The notes below the pieces were generated by a model that was not told the origin of the DNA, did not search any database, and saw nothing but the letters and a program-made list of their open reading frames with translations. This document shows, piece after piece, positions 34,470 to 45,158 of a stretch of DNA of 64,000 bases (position 1 is the first letter of the stretch; every line of letters starts with the position of its first letter). A program made the position numbers and the translations under genes. Source of the stretch: an uncultured Gemmatimonadales bacterium (lineage in GTDB: Bacteria > Gemmatimonadota > Gemmatimonadetes > Longimicrobiales > RSA9); assembly GCA_963798085.1 (NCBI GenBank), contig CAWCRS010000005.1, forward strand, positions 352,001 to 416,000, written 5' to 3'.

Positions 34470-35258
34470 TCAGGTTCCGGGCGGAACGAAGCGGTAGCGC
34501 ACCCACAGGCGGTCCTGCACCCAGACATCGGGCAGGCGGCCGAATGCGCCGCGCTTCCCCGCCTGCTCCACGGCGCTGATCGCCTCCAGATTGAACTTCA
34601 GATCCCCGGACTTCTCGAGCAGTTGTATTCCGCCCACGGTGCCATCGCGGCTGATATAGAACACCACGAGCGCCGTCGGCTGGCCGCCTCCGCTGAAACG
34701 GAAGTACCGATTGATCTGCATGATGATGTTGGCGCAGTACTGCGGATCCGGGCACTCCACGCCCTCCTGGTTCACATCGATGCCCTCGCCTCCCGGCGAA
34801 TTCGGATCCGCGTGGGCACCCACGGTCTGCTGCGCCGGCTGCTTGCGTGTGGTGTCGACCACCGGTGTCTGCGCGATGCGCTTTACTTCGGGCGCGCTCG
34901 ATTTCGGCAGCGGCTTCGCGATCGGCTTCACGGTCTTCGGCGGAGCCACGATCTTGGACACCGGTGCGGGCGCCGGCGTCTCCGGCTTCGGCCCCTCGAC
35001 CTGAGGCGGCGGCGAGTACAGCTTCACCTTGTAGGAAACGAATTCCGGGGCCTTGCTCGCGTGCAGCACGCCCGTGAAGACGAGGACAGCGGCCAGCGCG
35101 ATGTGCACACCGAACGAGACGTAGAGCCCGCCGCGTTCGGGACCCGGCGCGCGCCGCGCGATGCCGCTTCCCAGCGCCATCTCGTCGGACCGGCTGCCCG
35201 CGTTCCCGGCGTCGTTCCGGCGCGCAGGGTTCAACTCATCGCCCGTTGGTCGGCTCAA
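34470..35258 (-). CDS. TolA/TonB C-terminal domain protein
   Basis: SFGVHIA (SxxxH) TM helix, Pro/Lys-rich linker, ISRDGTV..KSG..FN..A..AV; located between tolR and tolB. Confidence 0.8.
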   Translation of the reverse strand: MSRPTGDELNPARRNDAGNAGSRSDEMALGSGIARRAPGPERGGLYVSFGVHIALAAVLVFTGVLHASKAPEFVSYKVKLYSPPPQVEGPKPETPAPAPVSKIVAPPKTVKPIAKPLPKSSAPEVKRIAQTPVVDTTRKQPAQQTVGAHADPNSPGGEGIDVNQEGVECPDPQYCANIIMQINRYFRFSGGGQPTALVVFYISRDGTVGGIQLLEKSGDLKFNLEAISAVEQAGKRGAFGRLPDVWVQDRLWVRYRFVPPGT

Positions 35259-35655
35259 CGACCACTCCCAGCTGCAGTCCCAGCTTCTGCGCCACGCCCA
35301 TTACCTCGGCGGCCCGCCCGAAGTTCACGCTCTTGTCGCTCTTGAGCACGATCTCCTTCTTGTCCCTGCTGCGATAGCTGCGCAGCATGCTCTCGAGTTC
35401 GGCGAGGCTGCGCACTTTCACCTTGCCGACGTAGATCGTGCCATCGGCCGCAATGGTGACGATCGTGTTGTCGTCCGACGTCTGCAGCGGGCGCGCGTCT
35501 GCCTCGGGCAGCTGCACTTCAATGCCGCCCTGCAGAATGGGTGCTGTGATCATGAAGATGATGAGCAGGACGAAGGCGACGTCGACCAGATTGACGAGGT
35601 TGATCTCGGCGTTGATGGGCAGGTCGCGGCGCCGCTTGCCGCCGAAGTGCATCAT
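35236..35655 (-). CDS. tolR: ExbD/TolR family protein
   Basis: AEINLVNLVDVAFVLLIIFMITAP. Confidence 0.88.
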   Translation of the reverse strand: MMHFGGKRRRDLPINAEINLVNLVDVAFVLLIIFMITAPILQGGIEVQLPEADARPLQTSDDNTIVTIAADGTIYVGKVKVRSLAELESMLRSYRSRDKKEIVLKSDKSVNFGRAAEVMGVAQKLGLQLGVVVEPTNGR

Positions 35656-35686
35656 GATGCGGCGCCCTGCCGACGGCTCCCAGCGG

Positions 35687-36398
35687 TCACAGGTGTCCTT
35701 CCCGTGCGAGCGTGCCAATGAATTCGCTGGCGAATCCTTCCAGCTCTCCGCTGAACCGGTGGAGTCGCGTCACGTAGTAGTTGTACGCGATCACGGCTGG
35801 AATCGCCGAGACCAGGCCGAACGCGGTGGTGATCAGCGCTTCGGCAATGCCGGGCGCGACCGACGTAATGCCTGCCGAGCCCGTGTTCGTAATACCGATG
35901 AACGCATCGATTACACCGAGCACAGTGCCCAGGAGCCCCATCAGTGGCGAGATGACGCCGATGATGGCGAGCCAGATCGAGCCCGCCGGAGAGCGCGTCG
36001 CGCTCTTCGTCCTGCACCTTCTCGAGCACCAGCCAGAGCGCGTTGAGCTGGGTTTCGCTGAGACCGTGCGGGTCCGGACCGTCCTGGCGCAGTGCACCCG
36101 GCCGCAGCTCACTGAAGAAGTTGGTGCCCTGCCGGAACATTCGTGTGTACGGCGTCTCCGGCAGTCGAAGGATGGTCTTGTACGCGTCCTCCAGTCGCTG
36201 GGCGCGCTCCAGTGCTTCCACGAAGCGTTTGCCCTGCTTCCGCAGCCGTCGGAATTGTCGGAGTTTCCAGATGATCAGCCACCAGGATGCGACCGAGAAG
36301 AGCGTCAGGATGCCCAGGACGATCTGGGTGGACGGGCTGCCGTTCAGGACCATGCTCAGCGTCCTGGGCAGCTCCACACCCTGCAGAATCTGTGTCAC
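35687..36398 (-). CDS. tolQ: MotA/TolQ/ExbB proton channel (indel near 35985)
   Basis: SPLMGLLGTVLG, VAPGIAEALITTAFGL..AIPAVIAYN. Confidence 0.88.
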
Positions 36399-37348
36399 TC
36401 GCCTCGCTCCTCCACCTCCGCAATGTACCGGTAGGTCTGCTCGAGACCGCTGCTGATCGTGGTCGCCGATTGCCAGCCGTTCGCCCGCGCGCGTGTCGCG
36501 TCCAGGCAGGAGCGACGCAGTTCGCCGGGCCTCTCGGCCGCGCGCTTCGTGCCCACTTCACGGCCTGCCACGCGCTGCAGTTCGGCGGCCAGCTCGATTG
36601 ACCTTGTTTCCTGTCCGGTGCCGATGTTGAACGCCCGGCTGTCGAGGCCGGTCGCCGCGGGCAGCTGCGCTTCTGTCAACACGACGTTGGCTGCAGCGAC
36701 ATCACCAACGAACACGTAGTCGCGGGTCTGTTCGCCATCGCCGTAAATGGTGAGCGGCTGCCCCGCCAGAATGCGCCGCGAAAAGATGGCTACGACGCCT
36801 GCTTCACCGTGCGGATCCTGACGTGGTCCGTACACGTTCGAGTAGCGCACTGCCACATAATCGAGTCCGTGCACCCGGTGATAGTAGTACAGATAGTACT
36901 CCGCCGCGAGTTTCGTCACGCCGTATGGTGAGAGTGGCAGCTTGGGTGCGGTTTCCGGTGTCGGTCGTGCTTCCGGCTCACCATACACGACGCCGCCGGA
37001 TGACACGAACAGCAACCGCCGGCAACCGAATCGCATTGCCTGTTCCACGACATTGAGGAAGCCATCAATGTTGATGCCCGCATCCTTGCGCGGGTCCGAC
37101 GACTGATGTGCGCACATCGATCTGGGCCGCGTGATGGTTGACGATGTCGAAGCCGCCGACTTCCGCGAACAGATTCGTCAGCGCGGCATCGCGAATGTTC
37201 ATCTGCACGAGTGTCGCGCCCTGCGGCACGTTGCGATGCGCCCCGATGACAGGTCATCCACCACCCAGACATCATGGCCGCGATCCAGGAATGCCTGCGC
37301 CACGTGGCCCCCAATGAAGCCGGCTCCACCCGTCACCAGCACTTTCAT
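36395..37348 (-). CDS. NAD-dependent epimerase, GalE-like (indels 37100-37240)
   Basis: [44 protein letters not shown]. Confidence 0.88.
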
Positions 37349-37468
37349 GCCCGATCTCCTTCCGTGCAGGTTGTCGTCCTGTTGTCCCGCAATGAACACG
37401 GGCGCCAGTGCGGCGCCCGTGCAGGCGAATTCGAATGTACAGCATGGCCGCGCGCGCGGCCTGCCGCA

Positions 37469-38616
37469 TCACGGGCATCTTGCGCGATCACGCTCACCCG
37501 CAGTCCGGCCTGCAGCGCGTGCTGGACGCATCGGATACGCGCACCGTCGCGCTGCCCGGCGTCACGCGCACCACGCGCATGCGCGCGACGTTCTCCTCCG
37601 GCAGCATGCTGCGTGGTGCCATGTCGCGCGCCGCTGCGGCACGGATACGCGTCAGCTCATCGCCCACCGCAATGCCCGCATCCTCGCCAAGGTCGATGAA
37701 GCCGTCATCCATCGTGCCGTACAACGGATCGCGATCCACGAATGCGAGCACCTGTCCTTCCGCGCCATTCGGTCACCGGCTGCGGCATGCCGCGCTGGAA
37801 CGCCGGTGCGGCGGGCACTTTGATCATGAGGTCGCCCGTGTAGGCCTCGCGGTACTGATGGAGCAGCTGCAGCGAGGCGACGGTCTCGCCAATGGAATCG
37901 ACGCGCAGCATGGCGACGGGCTCGACGACCGTGCCCGCCGTGCCGACGCGATTGCCGAAACGGACGAGCATCATGCTGTCACCCACCTGCAGCGGATCAC
38001 CGCGCAGGAAGCCGACCAGCACGCGGTCGAAGGGGTGCAGCAGGGTGGGCAGCTTGTCGTGCTGCGCGCCGGGATCGGCGAGGCTCATGAGCCTGCCACG
38101 CACTTCGACTGCCGCAGGGTCATCCAGCCAGGGCGCCGAATAGAACTCCGACGGCGTCACGAAATACGACGGGGCGCGCGTCAGCTTGAGGTCCGTGGCG
38201 CGCGTGGCGTCGACCGGCGGCGGCGGCGTGTAGAAGCGCGAGCGGCCCGGCCGCCGCGTCGTCGCCGGCGTCGCGGCCGGCGGCTGCGGGCCGGGATCCG
38301 CGGGCACTTCCTTCACCGCGACCGCCATCGTGGAGTCCTTCACCACGACGGGCAGGCCCTGCTCCAGTCCGGGGATCTTCAGCCGCTCGTTCGGATAGAT
38401 CCAGTGCGGATCCTCCACTACATCGCGGTTGGCATTGAAGATCACCGGCCACAGCAGCGGGTTGGTGAAATAGAAATGCGCGAGATCCCACAGGGTGTCG
38501 CCTTTCTTGACGACATGCACCTTCTGCTCTGTGGGCTGTTGCGCGTGAGCGGGCTGCATCGCGCCGAGCATCCCGATGGATACGAGAGAGAGAATGACGC
38601 GGGCCGGAGTTCCCAT
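37469..38616 (-). CDS. exported LysM-domain protein, TsaP-like architecture (indels near 37765 and 37500)
   Basis: Signal peptide, HVVKKGDTLWDLA..WPVIFNAN..DPHWIYP, followed by beta-rich domains. Confidence 0.8.
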
Positions 38617-38919
38617 GCGAGCTGTCAAGGGACGACTCACTCCTTCCGAAGGGTTCTTCCTTCTCATCCGAGCGGGCGACGCGTCCGTCGCGATCGCGCG
38701 CGCGGCTGTTCACGCCGGGTTACGACAACCCTGCGGCTGGTGCGCGGCTTCCCGGCCGCGCACCCTCACCGTTCTCCATGCGCAGGTGATGAGCCCCGCT
38801 CATGGACCCTGTCGGTCTGCCGGATCCTCTTCCTTCCGCCTTCGCCGCGCTTCCCTGCGCCTCGATGCGTTGCTTCGCGGATCACTCGGCGAGCCCGGCC
38901 GGGGGGTATGGCCGTGACA

Positions 38920-39045
38920 ACTCCCAGCAACACGGTTGAGGCTCCGGCGCCGCCCTGCCGCCGCCAGCCCGCTACAGCGCGAATCGCGCCGCCCCGGGCA
39001 GCACAGCTCGCAGGCATCGGTGCCGGAACCCCGCTGGTTGGGAGT
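38920..39045 (+). other. 126-nt imperfect inverted repeat, rod-like RNA candidate
   Basis: Nested stems 38920-38928/39037-39045, 38940-38952/39018-39030, 38954-38958/39010-39014, 38967-38971/38995-38999, 38977-38981/38985-38989. Confidence 0.45.
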
Positions 39046-39220
39046 ATCGGCAGGCTTGGCGAGAAGGTGGAGCAAGGGGTCCCGAACCGCGTTGCTGGGG
39101 CTGGTTGCCGGGGCTGCGGTGCTGGAGCTGCTTACTGGGGGCTGGTTGCGCGGAAACGCATTTGCGGCGTGGCGGCTTGGACTGGGCTGCAGGGACGGGC
39201 TCCGGATTCCCTTTCCGCCG

Positions 39221-39706
39221 TCAGGCCTCTTCGCGAAGGATCCTCCGCATGACGAGGGCGTCTTCCGTGGGGCGGACGTAGTAGTTCTTGCGGACACCGA
39301 TCTCGCGGAAGCCGAGGCGGCGGTAGAGGCGCTGGGCGGTGAGGTTGGTGCGTCGAACTTCCAGGAATACCTCGCGGGCGGAGCGGCGGCGAGCTCGCTC
39401 GAGCACCGCTTCCACGAGCTTCTCGCCTACGCCCTGGCGCCGCCACATGCTGGACACGGCGACGTTGCCCAGTTCGCCCTGATCCACGATGAACCAGCAT
39501 ACCGCGTAGCCGGCCAGCTCGCCCTCGCACTCCGCCGCCACCAGGTCCGTGTCGGTGCGCATGAGAAGACTGCGGAACGTGCTCTCGCTCCATGGCACGG
39601 AGTACGCCTCGTTCTCGATTTCGAGCACGACGGGCAGGTCGCTTTCGCGCAGCACCCGTATGCGCACTTCCGGCGCGGGCGTCGGACGCTGCTGCACGGC
39701 GCTCAT
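39221..39706 (-). CDS. rimI: ribosomal protein S18 alanine N-acetyltransferase
   Basis: IE...PWS, NVAV...RRQGVG, LEVRRTN..AQRLY..LGF..IGVRKNYY...EDALVM. Confidence 0.92.
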   Translation of the reverse strand: MSAVQQRPTPAPEVRIRVLRESDLPVVLEIENEAYSVPWSESTFRSLLMRTDTDLVAAECEGELAGYAVCWFIVDQGELGNVAVSSMWRRQGVGEKLVEAVLERARRRSAREVFLEVRRTNLTAQRLYRRLGFREIGVRKNYYVRPTEDALVMRRILREEA

Positions 39707-40401
39707 GAAGCGGCCGGGCGCGCGCCCGAGGAACGGAGGTAGTCGGGCTGCCAGCGGGCGACCGGAACCGGAAGCGGCGGCGTCGCCTGCTCCGCAAGCC
39801 AGAGCAGCGCCGATGCACGCGGCAGCGCCATCGGCGCCTCCGCCACCACGCCACCGCGGCCGCGGATGCGGTCCGCGTTGCGCAGCGCACCATCGCCCGT
39901 GTACAGCGGATCCTCCCCGGCTACCCGGTCCATGATCGCGTCTGCCGTTCCCGCGGTGGGTGGCAATACGGTGATCCACGCGCCGCCCGCCAGGAAACGA
40001 TAACATGCGCCGTAGACCTCGCCACGCCGCGCGTCGAACAGGGCGCAGACGGGACGCGCCGGCTGTGCGCACCCCGCAGCCAGTGCCGCCAGGCTCGAGT
40101 ACGGAAGCAATGAAATGTCGAGCGCGTGGGCCAGGCCCTTGGCCGTGGCCGCCGCAATGCGGACGCCCGTGAAGGAGCCCGGTCCTGCGCCCACGACGAT
40201 CGCCTGCAGGTCGCCGGCAGCAACGCCAGCGCGTGCCAGCGCAAACTCGACGGCGGGCAGCAGCACCTCCGAATGGCGCACGCTGACACCCAGCAGCACT
40301 TCCGCGAGCAGCGCCTCGCCCCGGCCGACCGCCACGCTGCCCAGCGTGGTCGATGTCTCCAGCGCGAGCCGCAGTGTGCCCGCTGTCGTTCGCTCAGGCA
40401 T
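39703..40401 (-). CDS. tsaB: tRNA threonylcarbamoyladenosine biosynthesis protein
   Basis: LALETST, HSEVLLP, GPGSFTGVRI, DARRGEVY. Confidence 0.95.
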   Translation of the reverse strand: MPERTTAGTLRLALETSTTLGSVAVGRGEALLAEVLLGVSVRHSEVLLPAVEFALARAGVAAGDLQAIVVGAGPGSFTGVRIAAATAKGLAHALDISLLPYSSLAALAAGCAQPARPVCALFDARRGEVYGACYRFLAGGAWITVLPPTAGTADAIMDRVAGEDPLYTGDGALRNADRIRGRGGVVAEAPMALPRASALLWLAEQATPPLPVPVARWQPDYLRSSGARPAAS

Positions 40402-40840
40402 CGCTTGCGGCCGGCAGGGGTTCCGCGCCACCCATCGCCTCGACGGTGAGCCTGCGGTGCAGCGCGTCATGGCCAGGCTCGAGCCTCACGTCCCAGCGCC
40501 TCGCCGGCAGCAGCGCTTCGGCCCGCTCGGGCCATTCCAGCAGCACGATCTCGCGTCCGTCACCCAGCTCGCTCCAGCCCAGCTCCCAGACATCCTCCGC
40601 CCGTTCCAGCCGAAACAGGTCGAGGTGTGCGACGGTGGTCCCATTCTTCGCCGCGTAACGCAGCACCAGGTTGAAGGTAGGCGATGGCATGGGCGAGGTC
40701 ACGCCCGCGCCGCGCGCGATGGCGCGCGCCAGCACGCTCTTGCCCGCACCCAGCTCACCGCGCAGCGCAAAGAAGGCCGGAACCGCGACGGTCCGGCCCA
40801 CGCGTTCGCCCCAGCGAACCAGCGCCGCTTCGTCCAGCAT
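40394..40840 (-). CDS. tsaE: tRNA threonylcarbamoyladenosine ATPase
   Basis: GELGAGKS, SPTFNL, HLDLFRL, LLEWPE. Confidence 0.95.
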   Translation of the reverse strand: MLDEAALVRWGERVGRTVAVPAFFALRGELGAGKSVLARAIARGAGVTSPMPSPTFNLVLRYAAKNGTTVAHLDLFRLERAEDVWELGWSELGDGREIVLLEWPERAEALLPARRWDVRLEPGHDALHRRLTVEAMGGAEPLPAASDA

Positions 40841-42867
40841 CACTCCGGCGCTGCGGCGACCGCCTTCGAGCCCAGCTTCGCTTTCACTTCCAGCAGCTCG
40901 TCGCGCAGCACCGCCGCCCGCTCGAAGTCCAGCATCGCCGCGGCTTCGTTCATCTGGCGCTCGAGGATCTTGGACCATTCCTCCAGGTTCACCTCAGCCG
41001 CGTAGCTCGCCCGCGGCTCCGCCACGCGCATACCCCGCCGCAGTGCTTCACTGCTGCGCGCATCCGCCACCCGCGTGCTGAGCATCAGCTCCTCCACGGT
41101 CTTGCTGATGGTCTGCGGTGTAATGCCGTGTTCTTCATTGTAGCGACGCTGCACTTCCCGCCTGCGGTTCGTTTCTTCGAGGCACCTCTGCATGGAACCG
41201 GTCATGCGATCCGCGTACATGATCGCCTTGCCGTGCACGTTCCTCGCCGCGCGCCCGATCGTCTGGATCAGCGAGCGCTCATCGCGCAGAAACCCTTCCT
41301 TGTCCGCGTCCAGGATGGCGACCAGCGAGACTTCCGGCAGGTCCAGGCCCTCGCGCAGCAGGTTGATGCCCACCAGCACATCGAAACGGCCGAGTCGCAG
41401 GTCGCGCAGGATCTCGATGCGCTCGATCGCATCGATGTCCGAGTGCATGTAGCGTACGCGAATGCCCACCTGCTGCAGGTACTCGGTAAGGTCTTCGGCC
41501 ATCCGTTTCGTCAGGGTCGTGACCAGGACGCGCTCGCGCTGCGCGACGCGCGCGTGAATCTCCGCCATGAGATCGTCGATCTGGCCCTTCACCGGCCGCA
41601 CTTCCGCTTCCGGATCCACCAGCCCGGTCGGACGGATGAGCTGTTCCACGATGACGCCGCCCGACTTCGTCAGCTCGAATTCGCCCGGTGTGGCCGACAC
41701 GAAGATGGCGCGCGGCACCAGCTCCTCCCATTCCCCGAACTTGAGCGGCCGGTTGTCGAGCGCACTGGGCAGGCGGAAGCCGTGCTCGACGAGCACGGAC
41801 TTGCGGGCGCGGTCGCCGTTGTACATGCCGCGGATCTGCGGCAGCGACTGGTGCGACTCGTCCACGATGACGAGGAAGTCTTCCGGGAAGTAGTCGAACA
41901 GGCAGGCCGGCCTTTCGCCTTCCGCGCGGCCGGCCAGGTGGCGCGAGTAATTCTCGACGCCCGGGCAGGTCCCGATCTCGAGCAGCATCTCGATGTCGAA
42001 GTGCGTACGCTGCTCGAGCCGCTGCGCTTCCAGCAGCCGGCCGCTGCCGCGCAGCTCCAGCAGCCTTTCGTCCAGCTCCAGCCGGATGCGCTCCAGCGCC
42101 CGCTCCACCGTGCTGCGCTGCGTGACGTAGTGCGTGGCGGGGTAGATGGCCGTACGCTGCAGCCGCACAATGGTCTGGCCGGTGAGCGGATCGAAGCGCG
42201 TGATGCGCTCGATCTCGTCGCCGAACAGTTCGATGCGAATGCCCTGTTCGTCGTAGGCCGGGAACACCTCGACGACATCACCGCGCACGCGGAACGTGCC
42301 GCGCGTGAAATCAATGTCGTTGCGCCCGTACTGGATGCGCACCAGTGCCTGCAGCACATCGCGGCGCGTGATCTTCTGTCCGGTCTCCAGCACCAGCAGC
42401 AGCTCGCGGTACTCGCGCGGATCTCCCAGACCGTAGATGCAGGACACCGAGGCCACGATGATGACGTCCTCGCGCTCCATCAGCGAGGACGTGGCGCGCA
42501 GTCGCAGCCGCTCGATGTCTTCGTTGATCGATGCGTCCTTCTCGATGTACGTGTCCGTCGACGGCACGTACGCTTCCGGCTGGTAGTAGTCGTAATAGGA
42601 GACGAAGTACTCGACCGCGTTGCGCGGAAAGAAGCCCTTCAGCTCACCGTAGAGCTGCGCCGCCAGCGTCTTGTTGTGGCTCATGACCAGTGTGGGCCGG
42701 CCGTAGGCGGCAATGGCTGACGCCATGGTCACGGTCTTGCCCGAGCCGGTCACTCCGAGCAGGGTCTGGTACCGGTCGCCGCGCTCCAGTCCCGCCACCA
42801 GCTCGCCGATGGCCTGCGGCTGATCACCGGACAGGCCGAACGGCAGCTCCAGTTCGTACTTCGCCAT
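40840..42867 (-). CDS. uvrB: excinuclease ABC subunit B
   Basis: [42 protein letters not shown] domain. Confidence 0.98.
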   Translation of the reverse strand: MAKYELELPFGLSGDQPQAIGELVAGLERGDRYQTLLGVTGSGKTVTMASAIAAYGRPTLVMSHNKTLAAQLYGELKGFFPRNAVEYFVSYYDYYQPEAYVPSTDTYIEKDASINEDIERLRLRATSSLMEREDVIIVASVSCIYGLGDPREYRELLLVLETGQKITRRDVLQALVRIQYGRNDIDFTRGTFRVRGDVVEVFPAYDEQGIRIELFGDEIERITRFDPLTGQTIVRLQRTAIYPATHYVTQRSTVERALERIRLELDERLLELRGSGRLLEAQRLEQRTHFDIEMLLEIGTCPGVENYSRHLAGRAEGERPACLFDYFPEDFLVIVDESHQSLPQIRGMYNGDRARKSVLVEHGFRLPSALDNRPLKFGEWEELVPRAIFVSATPGEFELTKSGGVIVEQLIRPTGLVDPEAEVRPVKGQIDDLMAEIHARVAQRERVLVTTLTKRMAEDLTEYLQQVGIRVRYMHSDIDAIERIEILRDLRLGRFDVLVGINLLREGLDLPEVSLVAILDADKEGFLRDERSLIQTIGRAARNVHGKAIMYADRMTGSMQRCLEETNRRREVQRRYNEEHGITPQTISKTVEELMLSTRVADARSSEALRRGMRVAEPRASYAAEVNLEEWSKILERQMNEAAAMLDFERAAVLRDELLEVKAKLGSKAVAAAPE

Positions 42868-42923
42868 GGATTTCCTTCGAGTCCCGGAGAGTGCCTGCGC
42901 TGCGGGCCCGTGCTGCGGCCGCG

Positions 42924-45156
42924 TCAGGCGTCGCTGTCCGTGTCCGTGTCGGCTTCCGGTTCCACACTCTCGGTCACGTGCTCCTTGCGCTCCACCGATA
43001 ACACGCCGTTCACACGGCGCACCGACTTGATCACCTTCTTCAGGTGCGCCAGGTCCTGCACCTCCACCACGAACGCGCCGTTCATACCCCCTTCCACCGC
43101 CCGCATCTCCGCCGACTGAATGTCGGTGCCCGTACCGGTGATGGCGCTGGCCACGTCGGACAGCAGGCCGCGGCGGTCATTGCCCTCCACGACCAGCCGC
43201 ACCATGAAGCGCGCGTCCTCCTCTGCCGCCCAGTCGATCTCGACCCGCCGCTCCGGATGCGACGACAGGTTGAGGACGTTGGGGCAGTCGTTGCGGTGGA
43301 TCGAGATGCCTCGCCCGCGTGTGATGTAGCCGATCACCGCATCGCCCGGCACCGGCTGACAGCACTGCGAGTAGCGCACCATCATGTTGTCGACGCCCTG
43401 GATGCGCACGCCCTTGCCGGCGCCGCGCACGCGGTTGACCAGGCGTTCCAGTGCCGTGGGCGGGCGCACGGGCGCCACCGGATCGCCCGGGAACAGCTGC
43501 GACAGGATGGCGGCCGGACCCAGGTCGCCGCGGCCCAGCGCGATGTGCACCTGCTCGAAGTTCGAGTAGCCCAGCGCTTCGGCCGTGTGCTGCAGCGCCT
43601 CATCCGTGGGCCGGCCCTTGCGTGCCTTGCGCAGTTCCCGCTCGAACAGCTCGCGACCCAGCCCGATCGCCGCCGCCGACTCCTCCTGCTTGATCCACTG
43701 CCGGATCTTCTGCCTCGCCCTCGCCGTCTTCACGAACGCCAGCCAGTCGCGCGACGGCTTCTGCCGCGGGTCCGTCGACACTTCCACCGTGTCGCCGTTC
43801 TTCAGCTCGCGCGAGAGTGGCGATAACCGCCCGTTAATGCGCGCGCCCGAACAGTGGTAGCCCACCTCGGTGTGCACGGCGAACGCGAAATCGATGGGTG
43901 TCGCACCCTTGGGCAGCTGCTTCACATCGCCGCGCGGCGTGAAGACGAAGATCTCGTCGTGGAAGAGGTCGATGCGGAGGAACTCCATGAATTCCTCCGG
44001 CTCGCGCGTCTCCTGCTGCCACTCGAGCACCTGGCGGAACCAGGTCAGCCGCTCGTCCACCAGATCGCCCGTGCGGTGCTTCTCGCCCTCCTTGTAGCGC
44101 CAGTGCGCCGCGATACCATATTCGGCCGTGCGGTGCATCTCGTGCGTGCGGATCTGGATCTCGTACAGCCGGCCGCCCGGCCCGAAGATGGTCGTGTGCA
44201 GCGAGCGGTACAGATTTGACTTGGGTGTGGCAATGTAGTCGTGGAAGCGCTCCTGCAGCGGCGTCCACTTGTTGTGGATCACACCCAGCGCGTGGTAGCA
44301 GTTGCCCACGTTGTCCGTCACCACGCGGATGGCCATGAGGTCGTAGATCTCCTCGTACGGCTTGCCCCGCTTGAGGATCTTGCGGTGGATCGACCACAGG
44401 TGCTTGGGCCGGCCGTATACTTCGCAGGGAATGCCGGACTTGCGCAGCTCTTCCTCGAGCGGCCCGCGCAGCGCCTCGATCATGGCTTCGCGTTCCTGCC
44501 GCTTCTCCGCGATCTTCTCCGCCAGGTCGCGGTACGCATCCGACTCCAGATGCTTGAACGCCAGGTCTTCCAGCTCCCAGCGCAGCTGCGCCATGCCCAG
44601 ACGGTGCGCGAGCGGTGCGTAGATCTCGCGCGTCTCCAGCGCAATGCGCCGCCGCTTCTCCGGCCGCAGGTGCTCGAGCGTACGCATGTTGTGCAGCCGG
44701 TCCGCCAGCTTGATCACGATGACGCGCGCGTCCTGCGCCATCGACAGCAGCAGCTTGCGGTAGTTCTCGACCTGCTGCTCCGTGCTCGAGCGGAACTGCA
44801 CCTTGCCGATCTTGGTGACACCATCGACGATGCGCGCAACCTCGGGTCCGAACTCCGCTGCCACCGTCTCCAGCGTGACACCGGTGTCTTCGACGACATC
44901 GTGGATGAGCGCGGCGGCAATGGAAACGGCATTCGAGGTGCAGTTCGGCGAGAATGCGGGCCACCTCGACGAGGTGTACGGTGAATTCTTCGCCTGAGGC
45001 GCGTTTCTGTCCCTTATGTGCCCGCGCGCCGAACTCGTACGCGTGCGCAATCAGACCGAGGTCGAGCCGGTCCGCGTGCGGCTCCAGCGCATCCCGCAAT
45101 TTGGCGGGCAGTGCGGCCAGTGCGCTTCCGGGTGCTTTCGTCTCGGTCGTTGCCAT
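42924..45156 (-). CDS. rel: bifunctional (p)ppGpp synthetase/hydrolase (indel near 44935)
   Basis: [56 protein letters not shown]. Confidence 0.95.
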
Positions 45157-45158
45157 GG

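Noticed and set aside
39064..39092. tRNA/tmRNA-like 3' end on the minus strand (GGTTCGGGACCCCTTGCTCCACCT)
   Set aside because: No CCA, the T-arm does not pair properly, no matching 5' half and no integrase nearby
39090..39152. Degenerate direct repeats CTGGGG(G)CTGGTTGC as a CRISPR or tandem repeat
   Set aside because: Only two short imperfect copies, no regular spacers, no cas genes
38617..39220. RNase P, SRP, 6S RNA or c-di-AMP/c-di-GMP riboswitch in the large gap
   Set aside because: Hallmark motifs (GAGGAAAGTCC; CAGG-GNRA-AGCAG; GCTGAATCC; GGCAAAC..GCAAAGC) not seen on either strand
37408..39297. ORFs crossing the rimI-LysM gap (37408-39252 +, 38800-39297 -, 38766-39017 -)
   Set aside because: R/A/P/G-rich low-information translations with no SD or motif support
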